From contig CAVIJJ010000003.1 of assembly GCA_963643205.1 (NCBI GenBank), positions 12,055 through 76,054 of the forward strand: a DNA stretch of 64,000 nt, in the 5' to 3' direction. Positions within the stretch are counted from its first letter, which is position 1; each line of letters opens with the position of its first letter. The notes under the pieces were generated by a model. That model did no database searches. It was not told the DNA's origin and saw only the letters and a program-made list of their open reading frames with translations. Shown piece by piece: positions 55,341 through 64,000 of this stretch. The DNA is from a bacterium. Lineage in GTDB: Bacteria; Bacillota; Clostridia; Christensenellales; CAG-138. The position numbers were made by a program, and so were the translations under genes.

Positions 55341-55385
55341 ATGCTCGATAAGGAAAGGCGATGGCGCAGGGCGCCTGAAAGCTGA
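55341..55385 (+). CDS. possible 14-codon small ORF (MLDKERRWRRAPES) between the T-box terminator and the transporter gene
   Basis: GGAGG at 55328-55332 lies 8 nt before the ATG. This is a better SD than the one in front of the downstream lipoprotein gene. Confidence 0.2.
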   Translation: MLDKERRWRRAPES

Positions 55386-55445
55386 AAAGTTAATCACCAA
55401 ACGTTACCAACCAACACAAACACATGATTAAGAAAGGATAAAACA

Positions 55446-56507
55446 ATGAAAAAGATATTTGCTATAGTACTCAGCGTTATAATGGCAGCGTTCTGCTTCG
55501 CCGCCTGCTCCTCCACCTCTACCGAAACCGGCACCGACACTGCGGCCGACGCGAACAAGACCGAATACAAAATAGGCATCTGCAACTATGTTGACGATGC
55601 TTCCCTTAACCAGATTGTTGAAAACATTGAAGGCCGCCTTGCCGAAATAGGTGAGGAAAAGGGCGTTGCGTTCACCGTGTCCTACGATAACTGCAATGCG
55701 GACGCAAATTTGATGAGCCAGATAATTTCCAACTTTATAGCGGACGATGTGGACCTGATGATAGGCGTAGCCACCCCCGTTGCCATGGCTATGCAGGCCG
55801 CAACCGAGGATAACGGCATTCCCGTTGTTTTCGCCGCCGTGTCAGACCCCGTGGGCGCGGGCCTTGTTGAAAGCCTTGAGGCTCCCGGCAGCAACGTAAC
55901 CGGCACCTCCGACTATCTTGATACCGCCGCCGTAATGCAGCTTATCACCGCCGCCAACCCGGATACCAAGAATGTAGCGCTGCTCTATGACCTTGGTCAG
56001 GATTCCTCCACCGCCGCCATAGCCAGCGCCAAGGAATATCTTGACGCGAACGGCATTGAATACTCCGACTACACCGGCACCACCGTTGACGAGGTTACCC
56101 TTGCCGTGCAGTCCCTTATAGCGGACGGCGTGGATGCCGTGTTCACCCCCACCGACAATACCATTATGAAATCCGAGCTCAGCATATACGAAATGCTGCA
56201 GGAAGCGGGCATACCGCACTACACCGGCGCCGATTCCTTTGCCCTTAACGGAGCGTTCCTGGGCTACGGCGTTGACTACGCCGCGCTCGGCAGCGAAACC
56301 GCGGACATGGTTGCGGACATAGTGCTCAATGGCTCCAACCCCGCCGAAACCGCCGTTAAAACATTCGACAACGGCTGCGCTACCATAAACACCGAAACCT
56401 GCGAAAAGCTGGGCTATAACTACGACGATATATGCGCCGCCTTTGAGCCCTTCTGCACAAAGATTCAGAGCATAGTTACCGCGGAAAGCTTTGCGGACGC
56501 GGAATAA
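55446..56507 (+). CDS. ABC transporter substrate-binding lipoprotein (ABC_sub_bind / PF04392 type)
   Basis: Signal peptide with lipobox FAAC. KIGICNYVDD...VDLMIGVATP is typical of this family. Confidence 0.8.
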   Translation: MKKIFAIVLSVIMAAFCFAACSSTSTETGTDTAADANKTEYKIGICNYVDDASLNQIVENIEGRLAEIGEEKGVAFTVSYDNCNADANLMSQIISNFIADDVDLMIGVATPVAMAMQAATEDNGIPVVFAAVSDPVGAGLVESLEAPGSNVTGTSDYLDTAAVMQLITAANPDTKNVALLYDLGQDSSTAAIASAKEYLDANGIEYSDYTGTTVDEVTLAVQSLIADGVDAVFTPTDNTIMKSELSIYEMLQEAGIPHYTGADSFALNGAFLGYGVDYAALGSETADMVADIVLNGSNPAETAVKTFDNGCATINTETCEKLGYNYDDICAAFEPFCTKIQSIVTAESFADAE

Positions 56508-56533
56508 TCATTAACCAAAGAAAGGTATAAAAA

Positions 56534-57472
56534 ATGGGACTTGATCAGATATTGGCGCTGCTGCAAACGGCGCTTGAACTGGGGCTTATATCCTCGCTGA
56601 CGGTGCTCGCGCTGTTTTTAAGCTATTCCATGCTTAATGTGTGCGACCTGTCTACGGACGGCTGCTTCACGCTTGGCGCGGTAGTGGGCGCGGTGGTGGC
56701 AATATCCGGTCACCCTTACCTTTCAATTCCCGCGGCAATGCTCGCGGGCGTGGTATCCGGCTTTGTAACGGCTATACTGCAAACAAAAATGGGCATAAAC
56801 AGCCTGCTTGCCGGCATTATAGTAAACACGGGCCTTTATTCCGTGAATATAGGGCTTATGGGCGGCTCAAGCATACTTAATATGAACAAGTCCGAAACCG
56901 TGTTTACCGTAGCCAAGGATTTTCTTAAGTCCATAGGCATAGGCGATCAGTACAAGCTTTTTGTGGCCGCGATAGCCGTTGTAGTAATAGCCGTGATACT
57001 CAATATGTTCCTTAAAACCCGCCTTGGCCTTGCCATACGCGCAACCGGCGACAATCCGGACATGGTTCGCTCATCCTCAATCAACCCCGTGTTCACTACC
57101 ATTGTCGGCCTTTGCGTCGCGAACGCGTTTACGGCGCTTTCCGGCTGCCTTCTCGCGCAGTCCCAGAAATCCGTAAATATAGACATAGGCAGCGGCATGG
57201 TAACAATAGCCCTGGCGTCGCTTCTTATAGGCAATGTGTTTCTTGGCAAAAAGAAAATGCCGCTCAGGATTTTGGGTATGGTGCTCGGCGCGTTCGTTTT
57301 CCGCCTTGTTTACACCGTGGCTCTGCGCTTCAATATGCCCGCGTTCATGCTTAAGCTTGTTTCAAGCGTAATAGTCATTGCCGCCATATCCATTCCTTAT
57401 TTGAAGCAGCAGTTCCCGCTTATAAAGCGCAAACTTACGGCCGGCAAAAAGGAGGACAGCGCAAATGCTTGA
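56534..57472 (+). CDS. ABC transporter permease (branched-chain/BPD_transp_2-like)
   Basis: 312 aa with 8-9 TM helices; partner of PF04392-type binding proteins. Confidence 0.8.
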   Translation: MGLDQILALLQTALELGLISSLTVLALFLSYSMLNVCDLSTDGCFTLGAVVGAVVAISGHPYLSIPAAMLAGVVSGFVTAILQTKMGINSLLAGIIVNTGLYSVNIGLMGGSSILNMNKSETVFTVAKDFLKSIGIGDQYKLFVAAIAVVVIAVILNMFLKTRLGLAIRATGDNPDMVRSSSINPVFTTIVGLCVANAFTALSGCLLAQSQKSVNIDIGSGMVTIALASLLIGNVFLGKKKMPLRILGMVLGAFVFRLVYTVALRFNMPAFMLKLVSSVIVIAAISIPYLKQQFPLIKRKLTAGKKEDSANA

Positions 57473-58247
57473 GGTAAAGAGCATATCCAAATCCTTCACG
57501 ATGGGAAACGAAACAAGAAAGGCGCTTGATAACCTTAGTTTAAGCGTTAAGAAGAGCGACTTTATAACCGTTATAGGCGCGAACGGCGCCGGCAAATCCA
57601 CCCTGTTCAACGCCATAGCCGGCAGCTTTGTAACGGACAGCGGCAGCATAGAGCTTGACGGGCAGGATATAACGCTTATGAGCGAATATAAGCGCGCGCG
57701 CAGCATAGGCAGGCTGTTTCAGGATCCTATGCGCGGCAGCGCGCCCGGCATGACGATAGAGGAAAACCTGGCCCTTGCCGCGGGCAGCGGCAAATGGTTC
57801 AGCCGCATATCAAAGCAAGAGCGCGAGCTTTTCCGCGAAAAGCTTTCCATGCTCGGCATGGGGCTTGAGGATAGGTTTGATCAAAGCGTTGGCGGTCTTT
57901 CCGGCGGTCAGCGCCAGGCGCTTACGCTTATAATGGCAACCATAAACCCGCCCAAGCTTCTGCTGCTTGACGAGCACACGGCGGCGCTTGACCCGGGAGC
58001 CGCGGAAAAAATACTTTCCGTTACGGATTCCATAATAAACGAAAATTCCCTTACCTGCCTTATGATAACCCATAATATGCAGTCCGCCCTGGAGCACGGC
58101 AACCGCACTATTATGCTGGACGCGGGCAAAATAGTTATGGATGTTTCTGGCGAAGAGCGCGCCTCCCTCAGCGTAAACGATTTGCTGCTTAAGTTCCGCC
58201 AGGTTTCCGGCAAGTCGCTCGATAACGACAGGATGCTGCTTATTTAA
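57465..58247 (+). CDS. ABC transporter ATP-binding protein
   Basis: GANGAGKST Walker A, LSGGQRQAL signature and LLLDEHTA Walker B. It overlaps the permease gene by 8 nt. Confidence 0.9.
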   Translation: MLEVKSISKSFTMGNETRKALDNLSLSVKKSDFITVIGANGAGKSTLFNAIAGSFVTDSGSIELDGQDITLMSEYKRARSIGRLFQDPMRGSAPGMTIEENLALAAGSGKWFSRISKQERELFREKLSMLGMGLEDRFDQSVGGLSGGQRQALTLIMATINPPKLLLLDEHTAALDPGAAEKILSVTDSIINENSLTCLMITHNMQSALEHGNRTIMLDAGKIVMDVSGEERASLSVNDLLLKFRQVSGKSLDNDRMLLI

Positions 58248-58756
58248 TCGGCGTCCCTCAATATTATTCTGTAGCTTGGTTTGTAGGCTTTCCGATACTG
58301 TTCGCTGTGCGATACGGGCGGAAAGCCTGCTTTTTCATATTCGAATAAATATTCCGAAAGTTCATTTAAGTCAAATGAAAGTTTTCCTTCCTCGCAAACC
58401 AGTTTAAGCGTTTCAAGCTTTGTCTTAAAGCCGTCTATCGTGCCGCGCGATCGGTTCGCCGCGTCCGCGAAAAGCGAATTTAGCCTTTCAAGCGGCAGCG
58501 CGGATGTATCCACCGCCGCAAGGTTAACCCGCGTTGTGCCGCAGCCTATGTATTCATAAAGCGGGGCGGATGAGTCCCGCTCCGTTTCCCCGTATTCCTT
58601 TTTAAGCCGTTCCAGCGACGCGGCCTCGTTTTTTATCATGTGCCCGCTTCCGAATTCGCCCTGATATATAAGCTTAACGGCGTCTGTGGGCCGCATGAGC
58701 GGATATTTCTTCGCGTGCTCGCAAAGGATATAATAAAGTTCATCATACTCTGCCAT
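58244..58756 (-). CDS. hypothetical 170-aa protein
   Basis: AAGGAG lies 9 nt before the ATG at 58756, which I prefer over the ORF-track start at 58873. I recognise no family. Confidence 0.5.
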   Translation of the reverse strand: MAEYDELYYILCEHAKKYPLMRPTDAVKLIYQGEFGSGHMIKNEAASLERLKKEYGETERDSSAPLYEYIGCGTTRVNLAAVDTSALPLERLNSLFADAANRSRGTIDGFKTKLETLKLVCEEGKLSFDLNELSEYLFEYEKAGFPPVSHSEQYRKAYKPSYRIILRDAD

Positions 58757-58860
58757 AAATTCATTCTCCTTATTTGCCATATAATAGCATTCACGGCGGC
58801 GATTTTGCAACAAAAGCTGCATTTTTTCTATAAGAAATTGCAAATATTTCCTGCCTGTAA

Positions 58861-58889
58861 TTGACAAACGCATAAGTATTCATTATAAT
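58861..58889 (+). promoter_or_regulatory. perfect consensus sigma-A promoter (TTGACA-17-TATAAT) of the hydrogenase locus
   Basis: TTGACA at 58861-58866, a 17-nt spacer, TATAAT at 58884-58889. Confidence 0.7.
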
Positions 58890-58936
58890 TATGGTGCATT
58901 ATTTCGGCCTGCCATGGCCGGAGGGAAGGTGAAAAA

Positions 58937-60430
58937 ATGGCACTGTTATTCGATACTCACGTTCAGAAGATGAAGTACAACGTGCTTAGGGAAGTCGCGA
59001 AGCTTGCCTATAACGATGAACTTACTCCGCAGAAGATTATGGACATTGCCCCGCGCATTATACCGGAGGGCAAGCCGCAATTCCGCTGCTGCATATATAA
59101 AGAGCGCGCCATTATTAACGAGCGCGTAACCATGGCCCTTGGCGGGGAAGAGGACGGCACGGTAGTCGGCGTTCTCCCCATCGCCTGCGATGAGTGCCCC
59201 GTAGACGGTATTCAGGTTTCAAACGCCTGCCGCGGCTGCCTGGCGCACCGCTGCAAGGACAGCTGCCCCAGGGATGCCATAAGCATTATTGACCACAAGG
59301 CGGTTATAGACAAGGAAAAGTGCGTTGAGTGCGGCAAGTGCATGGCGGCGTGCCCCTATTCCGCTATAGTTAAGCACACCCGTCCCTGCGTAAACGCCTG
59401 CAAGCCTCAGGCGATACACATTGACCAGGTCACCGAAAAGGCCGTTATAGAAAAGGAAAAGTGCATCTCCTGCGGAGCGTGCGTGTATCAGTGCCCGTTC
59501 GGAGCGATAACCGATAAGTCCGATATAACAAAGGTTATATCCCTTATCCGCAATTCAAACGGCAATAAGGATTATCATGTTTACGCCGTTGTCGCCCCCA
59601 GCATGGCAAGCCAGTATCCCAACGCCGTACCCGAGCAGGTTGTTGGCGGAATAAAGGCCCTGGGCTTCCACGCCGTTATAGAAGCCGCGTGGGGCGCGGA
59701 CATGGTAGCCTGGCTTGAGGCTCAGGAGCTTGTTGAGAAGGGCTTCCTTACCTCCTCCTGCTGCCCGGCGTTTGTTAACTACATAAACCGCCATTTCCCG
59801 GACCTTAAGGACAATATTTCGCACAATCTCTCCCCCATGGCGCAGATGGCCAAATGGCTGCACGAAACGGACGAGAATTGCCACGTTATATTCATAGGGC
59901 CCTGCATAGCCAAGAAGGGCGAGGCCAAGTATACGGACGCGCATAAATATATTGATTACGCCATTACGTTTGAGGAAATGCAGGCCATGTTCTCCGCTCG
60001 TGGTATAGACGTTATGACCGTTCAGAAGGCGGAGCTTGACAACGCGTCCTTCTACGGCCGCATATTCGCCCGCAGCGGCGGCCTTGCGGAAGCCGTTACC
60101 GAAGCGCTTAAGGAGCAAGGCGTTAGCGAGGATCAGTTTAAGCTTAACGCCGTATCCTGCAACGGCATAGCCGAGTGCAAAACGGCCCTGTTCAAAAAGC
60201 AGAAGGGTCTGCTTAAAGAAAACTTTATCGAGGGCATGGCGTGCGTAAACGGCTGCATAGGCGGCCCCGCGTGCTTAAGCCACAGCTCAAAGAACCTTGC
60301 TCAGGTTGACGCTTATGGCAAAACCGCAATGGAAAGCACCATAGTCGATGCCATAAAGGTTATGCAGATTCTTAACCCGAACAGCATGGAAGCGGAAAAG
60401 ATAGTTAACGAAACCAAAACCGAAAAATAA
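58937..60430 (+). CDS. hydA: [FeFe] hydrogenase, catalytic-type H-domain with N-terminal Fe-S/Cys-rich extension
   Basis: H-cluster motifs TSSCCPAF, GPCIAKKGE and EGMACVNGCIGGP, plus two ferredoxin-type CxxCxxCxxxCP motifs. Confidence 0.88.
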   Translation: MALLFDTHVQKMKYNVLREVAKLAYNDELTPQKIMDIAPRIIPEGKPQFRCCIYKERAIINERVTMALGGEEDGTVVGVLPIACDECPVDGIQVSNACRGCLAHRCKDSCPRDAISIIDHKAVIDKEKCVECGKCMAACPYSAIVKHTRPCVNACKPQAIHIDQVTEKAVIEKEKCISCGACVYQCPFGAITDKSDITKVISLIRNSNGNKDYHVYAVVAPSMASQYPNAVPEQVVGGIKALGFHAVIEAAWGADMVAWLEAQELVEKGFLTSSCCPAFVNYINRHFPDLKDNISHNLSPMAQMAKWLHETDENCHVIFIGPCIAKKGEAKYTDAHKYIDYAITFEEMQAMFSARGIDVMTVQKAELDNASFYGRIFARSGGLAEAVTEALKEQGVSEDQFKLNAVSCNGIAECKTALFKKQKGLLKENFIEGMACVNGCIGGPACLSHSSKNLAQVDAYGKTAMESTIVDAIKVMQILNPNSMEAEKIVNETKTEK

Positions 60431-60449
60431 ATCGCTCAAATAAAATTCA

Positions 60450-60480
60450 GGACGCAGCATGGCATACCCGTGCTGCGTCC
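60450..60480 (+). other. 10-bp GC-rich stem-loop without a U-tract between hydA and hydS
   Basis: GGACGCAGCA (60450-60459) pairs with TGCTGCGTCC (60471-60480); the loop is 11 nt. Confidence 0.6.
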
Positions 60481-60507
60481 GTATATAAATCAGGCAGGTA
60501 ACAAAGC

Positions 60508-62181
60508 ATGGGTATACTTCAATTCGAAAGCGTAAACTGTAAGGACTGCTGCAAATGCATAGGCGTTTGCCCGGTTAAGGCAATAGAGGTAAAAAACCAC
60601 CGCGCGATGATAGTTGAGCGGGATTGCGTACTTTGCGGAAACTGCACGGTTGTCTGCCCGCAGCACTCCAAGCACGGCACCGATTTTTCTAACGAGGTTC
60701 GCGAGCTTATCCGCTCCGGCAAGCGTGTTATAGCAAGCGTTGCCCCCTCCTACGCCGCGTATTTCAACGGCTGCGGCTTTGAGTCGCTTAAAAGCGCGCT
60801 TAAGGCGCTTGGCTTTTATGACGCGCGCGAAACCGCCGAGGGCGCGCACATTGTAAAAACCGAATATGAAAAGCTTATTGCCGGCGGCATCACAAGGCCG
60901 GTAATATCCTCCTGCTGCACAACGCTTAATCTTTATATTCAAAAGCACTGCCCCGAGGCGATAGACATGCTTGCCCCGGTGCTCACGCCCATGCAGGCGC
61001 ACGCCCGGCTTATACACAGCCAGGACCCCGGCGCGGCGATAGTATTCGTTGGCCCCTGCATATCAAAAAAAGAAGAATGCACATACAGCGCAAGCGAGCT
61101 TGAGTTCGCCATAACGTTTGATGAGCTTAGCGATTGGCTAAAGGACGCGGGCGTTTCGATAATGCCCGCGGAGGAATCCGCGCCCAAGCTTTCGCGCTTT
61201 TTCCCGGTATCCGGCGGCGTGCTTAAAACAATGGCGCGTCAAAGCGGCATAAACTACGTTGCCGTGGACGGGCCGGAGGCCTGCATGGCGGCCGTACGGG
61301 ACGCGCTTGCCGGCAAGCTTGACGGCTGCTTTATAGAAATGAGCTTTTGCCAGGGTTCCTGCATAGGCGGCCCCGTTTTCAAAAACGCGGATCATTCCGC
61401 CGCGGCGGGCTACGTTAACGTTTCGCGCGATGCCTCGGGCGGTGAGGACTTTGATACCGAAGCCGCGGGCAGCCTGCAGACAAGCTTTAAGGACTGCCGC
61501 ACGTATTATTCCGAGCCTACCGAAAAGCAGATTGCCGCCGTTTTCAAAAAAATGGGCAAGGAAGGGCCGGAAGATGAGCTTAACTGCGGCATGTGCGGCT
61601 ATGCTTCCTGCCGCGACAAGGCCATAGCCGTGCTTATGGGCAGGGCGGAAATATCCATGTGCATGCCGTATATGAAAAAGCGCGCGGAGTCTTTTTCCGA
61701 TAAAATTCTGAGCATCACGCCCGACGCAATACTGGCGGTTGATATGGACCTTCGCATAGTGCAGATAAACAAGGCCGCGTGCGATATGTTTAGCGTTCAG
61801 CCGTCGGACGTTATGGGCAGCGGCGTAAGCGCTCTGCTTGATGAGTTTGATTTTGTGGACCTTATTTCAAGCGGCGAATCGGCAAAGGATAAGTTCACGT
61901 ATCTTGCCGAATATAATCTTTATCTTAAGCAGTCGCTGTATTTTGACGCGTCAAGCGGCATAGTTATATGCATAATGAAGAACATTACCCGCGAAAAGCA
62001 GCGTCAAAACATTGTTAAGCAGCACAAAACGCAGGTTGCCGGCATGGCGGACGATATTGTTGAAAAGCAGCTTAGAATAGTGCACGAAATAGCGTCCCTG
62101 TTAGGCGAATCGGCGGCGGAAACAAAGGTTGCCATATCAAAGCTTAAGGAAGCCGTTATGATGGAGAACGAGGAGCAGTAA
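60508..62181 (+). CDS. hydS: sensory-type [FeFe] hydrogenase homologue with an extra 4-Cys motif and a C-terminal PAS domain (HydS / HfsB type)
   Basis: Two N-terminal 4Fe-4S motifs, divergent H-cluster motifs (SSCCTT, VGPCISKK, EMSFCQGSCIGGP), an exact Cx2Cx4Cx16C motif at aa 360-385, and a PAS-like region at about aa 395-500. Confidence 0.8.
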   Translation: MGILQFESVNCKDCCKCIGVCPVKAIEVKNHRAMIVERDCVLCGNCTVVCPQHSKHGTDFSNEVRELIRSGKRVIASVAPSYAAYFNGCGFESLKSALKALGFYDARETAEGAHIVKTEYEKLIAGGITRPVISSCCTTLNLYIQKHCPEAIDMLAPVLTPMQAHARLIHSQDPGAAIVFVGPCISKKEECTYSASELEFAITFDELSDWLKDAGVSIMPAEESAPKLSRFFPVSGGVLKTMARQSGINYVAVDGPEACMAAVRDALAGKLDGCFIEMSFCQGSCIGGPVFKNADHSAAAGYVNVSRDASGGEDFDTEAAGSLQTSFKDCRTYYSEPTEKQIAAVFKKMGKEGPEDELNCGMCGYASCRDKAIAVLMGRAEISMCMPYMKKRAESFSDKILSITPDAILAVDMDLRIVQINKAACDMFSVQPSDVMGSGVSALLDEFDFVDLISSGESAKDKFTYLAEYNLYLKQSLYFDASSGIVICIMKNITREKQRQNIVKQHKTQVAGMADDIVEKQLRIVHEIASLLGESAAETKVAISKLKEAVMMENEEQ

Positions 62182-63342
62182 ATGGTCGATTTGTTCATAG
62201 AAAGCGGCCACGCCAGCATAAACAAGCACGATGAAACGCTCTGCGGCGATTCTTACTCGATTAAGAAAAACGGTGAGCAGCTTGTTGTTGTGCTAAGCGA
62301 TGGGCTCGGCAGCGGCGTTAAGGCAAACATACTTTCAACCCTAACGGCAAACATGCTTTCAACAATGATGCTGAACCGCCTGCCCGTTGACGAATGCATA
62401 GAAACCGTGGCTACCACGCTGCCCATGTGCCGCGAAAGAAAGCTTGCGTACTCAACGTTCACTTTGGCGTGCTTTACGGATTCCACCGTGCGCCTTGTGC
62501 AATACGATAACCCAACGGCCATTTTATTAAGAAACGGCAAGAACTATGATTACCCCACAAACGTTCATTTTATAGGGGAAAAGAAAATACTTGAAAGCAC
62601 CGTGGAGCTTGAGGAAAACGACACGCTTGTGCTTATGACGGACGGCATTACGAACGCCGGCATAGGCAAGCTTTCCCCAAACGGATGGAGCAGAAGCGAG
62701 GTTGCGGAGTTTCTTGAGCGGTGGTATACGCCCGATATATCCCCGCAGAACCTTGCGGCAAGGCTTGTTGAGGCGGGCAACGTGCTGTGCATGGATTCAA
62801 ACGACGATGACATGACGGTGCTTGTTTTCAAAATCCGCCCGAGAAAGGCCGTAAACGTTATGATCGGCCCTCCGGCCGACCCGAAGGACGACGCGCGCGT
62901 TCTTAAGCTTTTCTTCGCCAAGGAAGGCTACCATATATGCTGCGGCGGCTCAACGGCGCAGATGATAAGCCGATACCTAGCTAAGCCCATAGTGCCCGTA
63001 GCCGACAGCGGAACCGACAAGGTGCCCGCCATAGCGAAAATAGAGGGCATGGACCTTGTTACGGAGGGCATTATAACCCTTCAGCAGGTTGCGGATTTAG
63101 CGGAGCGGTATGTGTCCGACAATCGTCTGAGCATAACCATAAACAGCGGAAGCGACGGCGTGTCTCTATTGTGCTCATACCTTTTTGAGGAGGCCACGGA
63201 CATAAACTTTTTCTTCGGCAAGGCCGAGAATACCGCCAATGACGATCTTGGCATAGGCGCGGACGCAAAGGCCATAATAATAAACCGCCTCACAAACAGC
63301 CTTAAGGAAATGGGCAAAAACGTAAAGCTTAGCCGCTGCTGA
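62182..63342 (+). CDS. SpoIIE/PP2C-family protein phosphatase with an unassigned C-terminal half
   Basis: ETLCGDSY, VLSDGLGSGVKANILS and LVLMTDGI blocks. The ATG directly follows the hydS TAA. Confidence 0.8.
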   Translation: MVDLFIESGHASINKHDETLCGDSYSIKKNGEQLVVVLSDGLGSGVKANILSTLTANMLSTMMLNRLPVDECIETVATTLPMCRERKLAYSTFTLACFTDSTVRLVQYDNPTAILLRNGKNYDYPTNVHFIGEKKILESTVELEENDTLVLMTDGITNAGIGKLSPNGWSRSEVAEFLERWYTPDISPQNLAARLVEAGNVLCMDSNDDDMTVLVFKIRPRKAVNVMIGPPADPKDDARVLKLFFAKEGYHICCGGSTAQMISRYLAKPIVPVADSGTDKVPAIAKIEGMDLVTEGIITLQQVADLAERYVSDNRLSITINSGSDGVSLLCSYLFEEATDINFFFGKAENTANDDLGIGADAKAIIINRLTNSLKEMGKNVKLSRC

Positions 63343-63354
63343 CGCGGCATCTTA

Positions 63355-63385
63355 GGCCCCGGGGATTTTCCGGGGTCTGATTTTA
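63355..63385 (+). terminator. intrinsic terminator after the phosphatase gene
   Basis: CCCCGG / CCGGGG stem followed by TCTGATTTT. Confidence 0.55.
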
Positions 63386-63429
63386 TGTTATACTAACTTT
63401 GTTCATTCTATCTCTCAGGAGGGCTGTTC

Positions 63430-64000
63430 ATGGAATACAGAAAGCTGCCGCACGGCACGGAAATGATAAGTACAATAGGTCTTGGCCTAGGGAGCATACA
63501 TCAAAGCGCGTCCGAGGAGGAAATAGAGGCCGCCGTCAGGTTCGCGCTCGATAACGGGATAAACTTTTTTGATCTTTGCTGCGGGCGTGTAAGCACCTTT
63601 GCCGCAGTAGGCCGGGCCATAAAGGGCCGCCGGGATAAGGCCTATACGCAAATGCACTTCGGCGCCGTTTATACAAACGATGAATACGGCTTCGGCAGGG
63701 ATCTTGATACCGTAAAAGCCTCCTTTGAAAAGGTGCTTAAAGCCTCGGAGCTTGGCTATACGGACTTTGGCTATATTCACTGCATTGATGAGGAGGACGA
63801 TTTTAATGACGTTATGCGCCCCGGCGGAATATTTGATTATATCCGCTCGCTTAAGGCGCAGGGCATAGTGCGCCACATGGGCTGCTCAACCCACACCCCA
63901 TCAATCGCCCGCCGCTTTATAGAAACAGGCGAGGTAGACATGTTTATGTTCAGCATAAATCCCGCCTATGATTACGCCGAATGCGAATACGGCTACGGTG
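63430..64000 (+). CDS. aldo/keto reductase; 3' end lies outside the window
   Basis: I translated this ORF by hand; it is absent from the track because no stop falls in the window. MEYRKLPHGTEMISTIGLGLG...NFFD...YIHCID is the AKR pattern. AGGAGG RBS. Confidence 0.8.
   Translation, partial: MEYRKLPHGTEMISTIGLGLGSIHQSASEEEIEAAVRFALDNGINFFDLCCGRVSTFAAVGRAIKGRRDKAYTQMHFGAVYTNDEYGFGRDLDTVKASFEKVLKASELGYTDFGYIHCIDEEDDFNDVMRPGGIFDYIRSLKAQGIVRHMGCSTHTPSIARRFIETGEVDMFMFSINPAYDYAECEYGYG

Noticed and set aside
1-64000. A search for CRISPR arrays, tRNA/rRNA genes, IS elements, integrases or prophage genes.
   Set aside because: I saw no repeat-spacer periodicity, cloverleaf-compatible conserved tRNA motifs, rRNA-like stretches, terminal inverted repeats or transposase/integrase translations. 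This was a by-eye scan only; tRNAscan-SE, Infernal and ISfinder would be decisive.

Overview
A 64-kb chromosomal window that looks like an anaerobic Firmicute of the Clostridia type. The evidence is gene content: GlgD, a two-subunit class I fumarase, glutamate mutase, [FeFe] hydrogenases, a T-box leader and carD-PIN/TRAM synteny. By eye the GC content is mid-50s percent, with strong ATA/CTT/AAG codon preference. I support about 58 protein genes and recognised no rRNA, tRNA, CRISPR array, transposase or integrase. Main blocks, left to right: (1) housekeeping genes (patB-like lyase, rpmE, M18 aminopeptidase, MazG, Hsp20, CNNM/CorC); (2) an 870-bp gene-free divergent region carrying five co-oriented DnaA boxes; (3) carD, PIN/TRAM, then adenine deaminase and xdhABC-type xanthine dehydrogenase; (4) the glycogen operon glgBCDA; (5) hydrolases, then hyuA-mocA-guaD; (6) murC/ispE with three unassigned downstream genes; (7) a lower-GC AbrB plus macrolide-type glycosyltransferase insert; (8) a complete methylaspartate-pathway glutamate fermentation block (glmS-glmL-glmE-mal, GntR, mesaconase-type fumarase, citramalate/citrate-lyase citDEF, citC) ending in an unassigned P-loop protein; (9) an orphan MsmX-like ATPase, a MATE transporter and a NagA-like amidohydrolase; (10) arcC-DUF1015-AEC-acyltransferase; (11) a Trp T-box leader controlling an ABC importer; (12) a catalytic [FeFe] hydrogenase, a PAS-bearing sensory hydrogenase (HydS type) and a SpoIIE/PP2C phosphatase. 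The most interesting items are the putative H2-sensing module, the P-loop/tRNA_SAD-like gene in a lyase cluster that lacks citG/citX, the non-oriC DnaA-box cluster, and a strictly 22-bp-periodic array of GTTGACAAT boxes. All calls come from reading the translations and sequence only; no database search was run.
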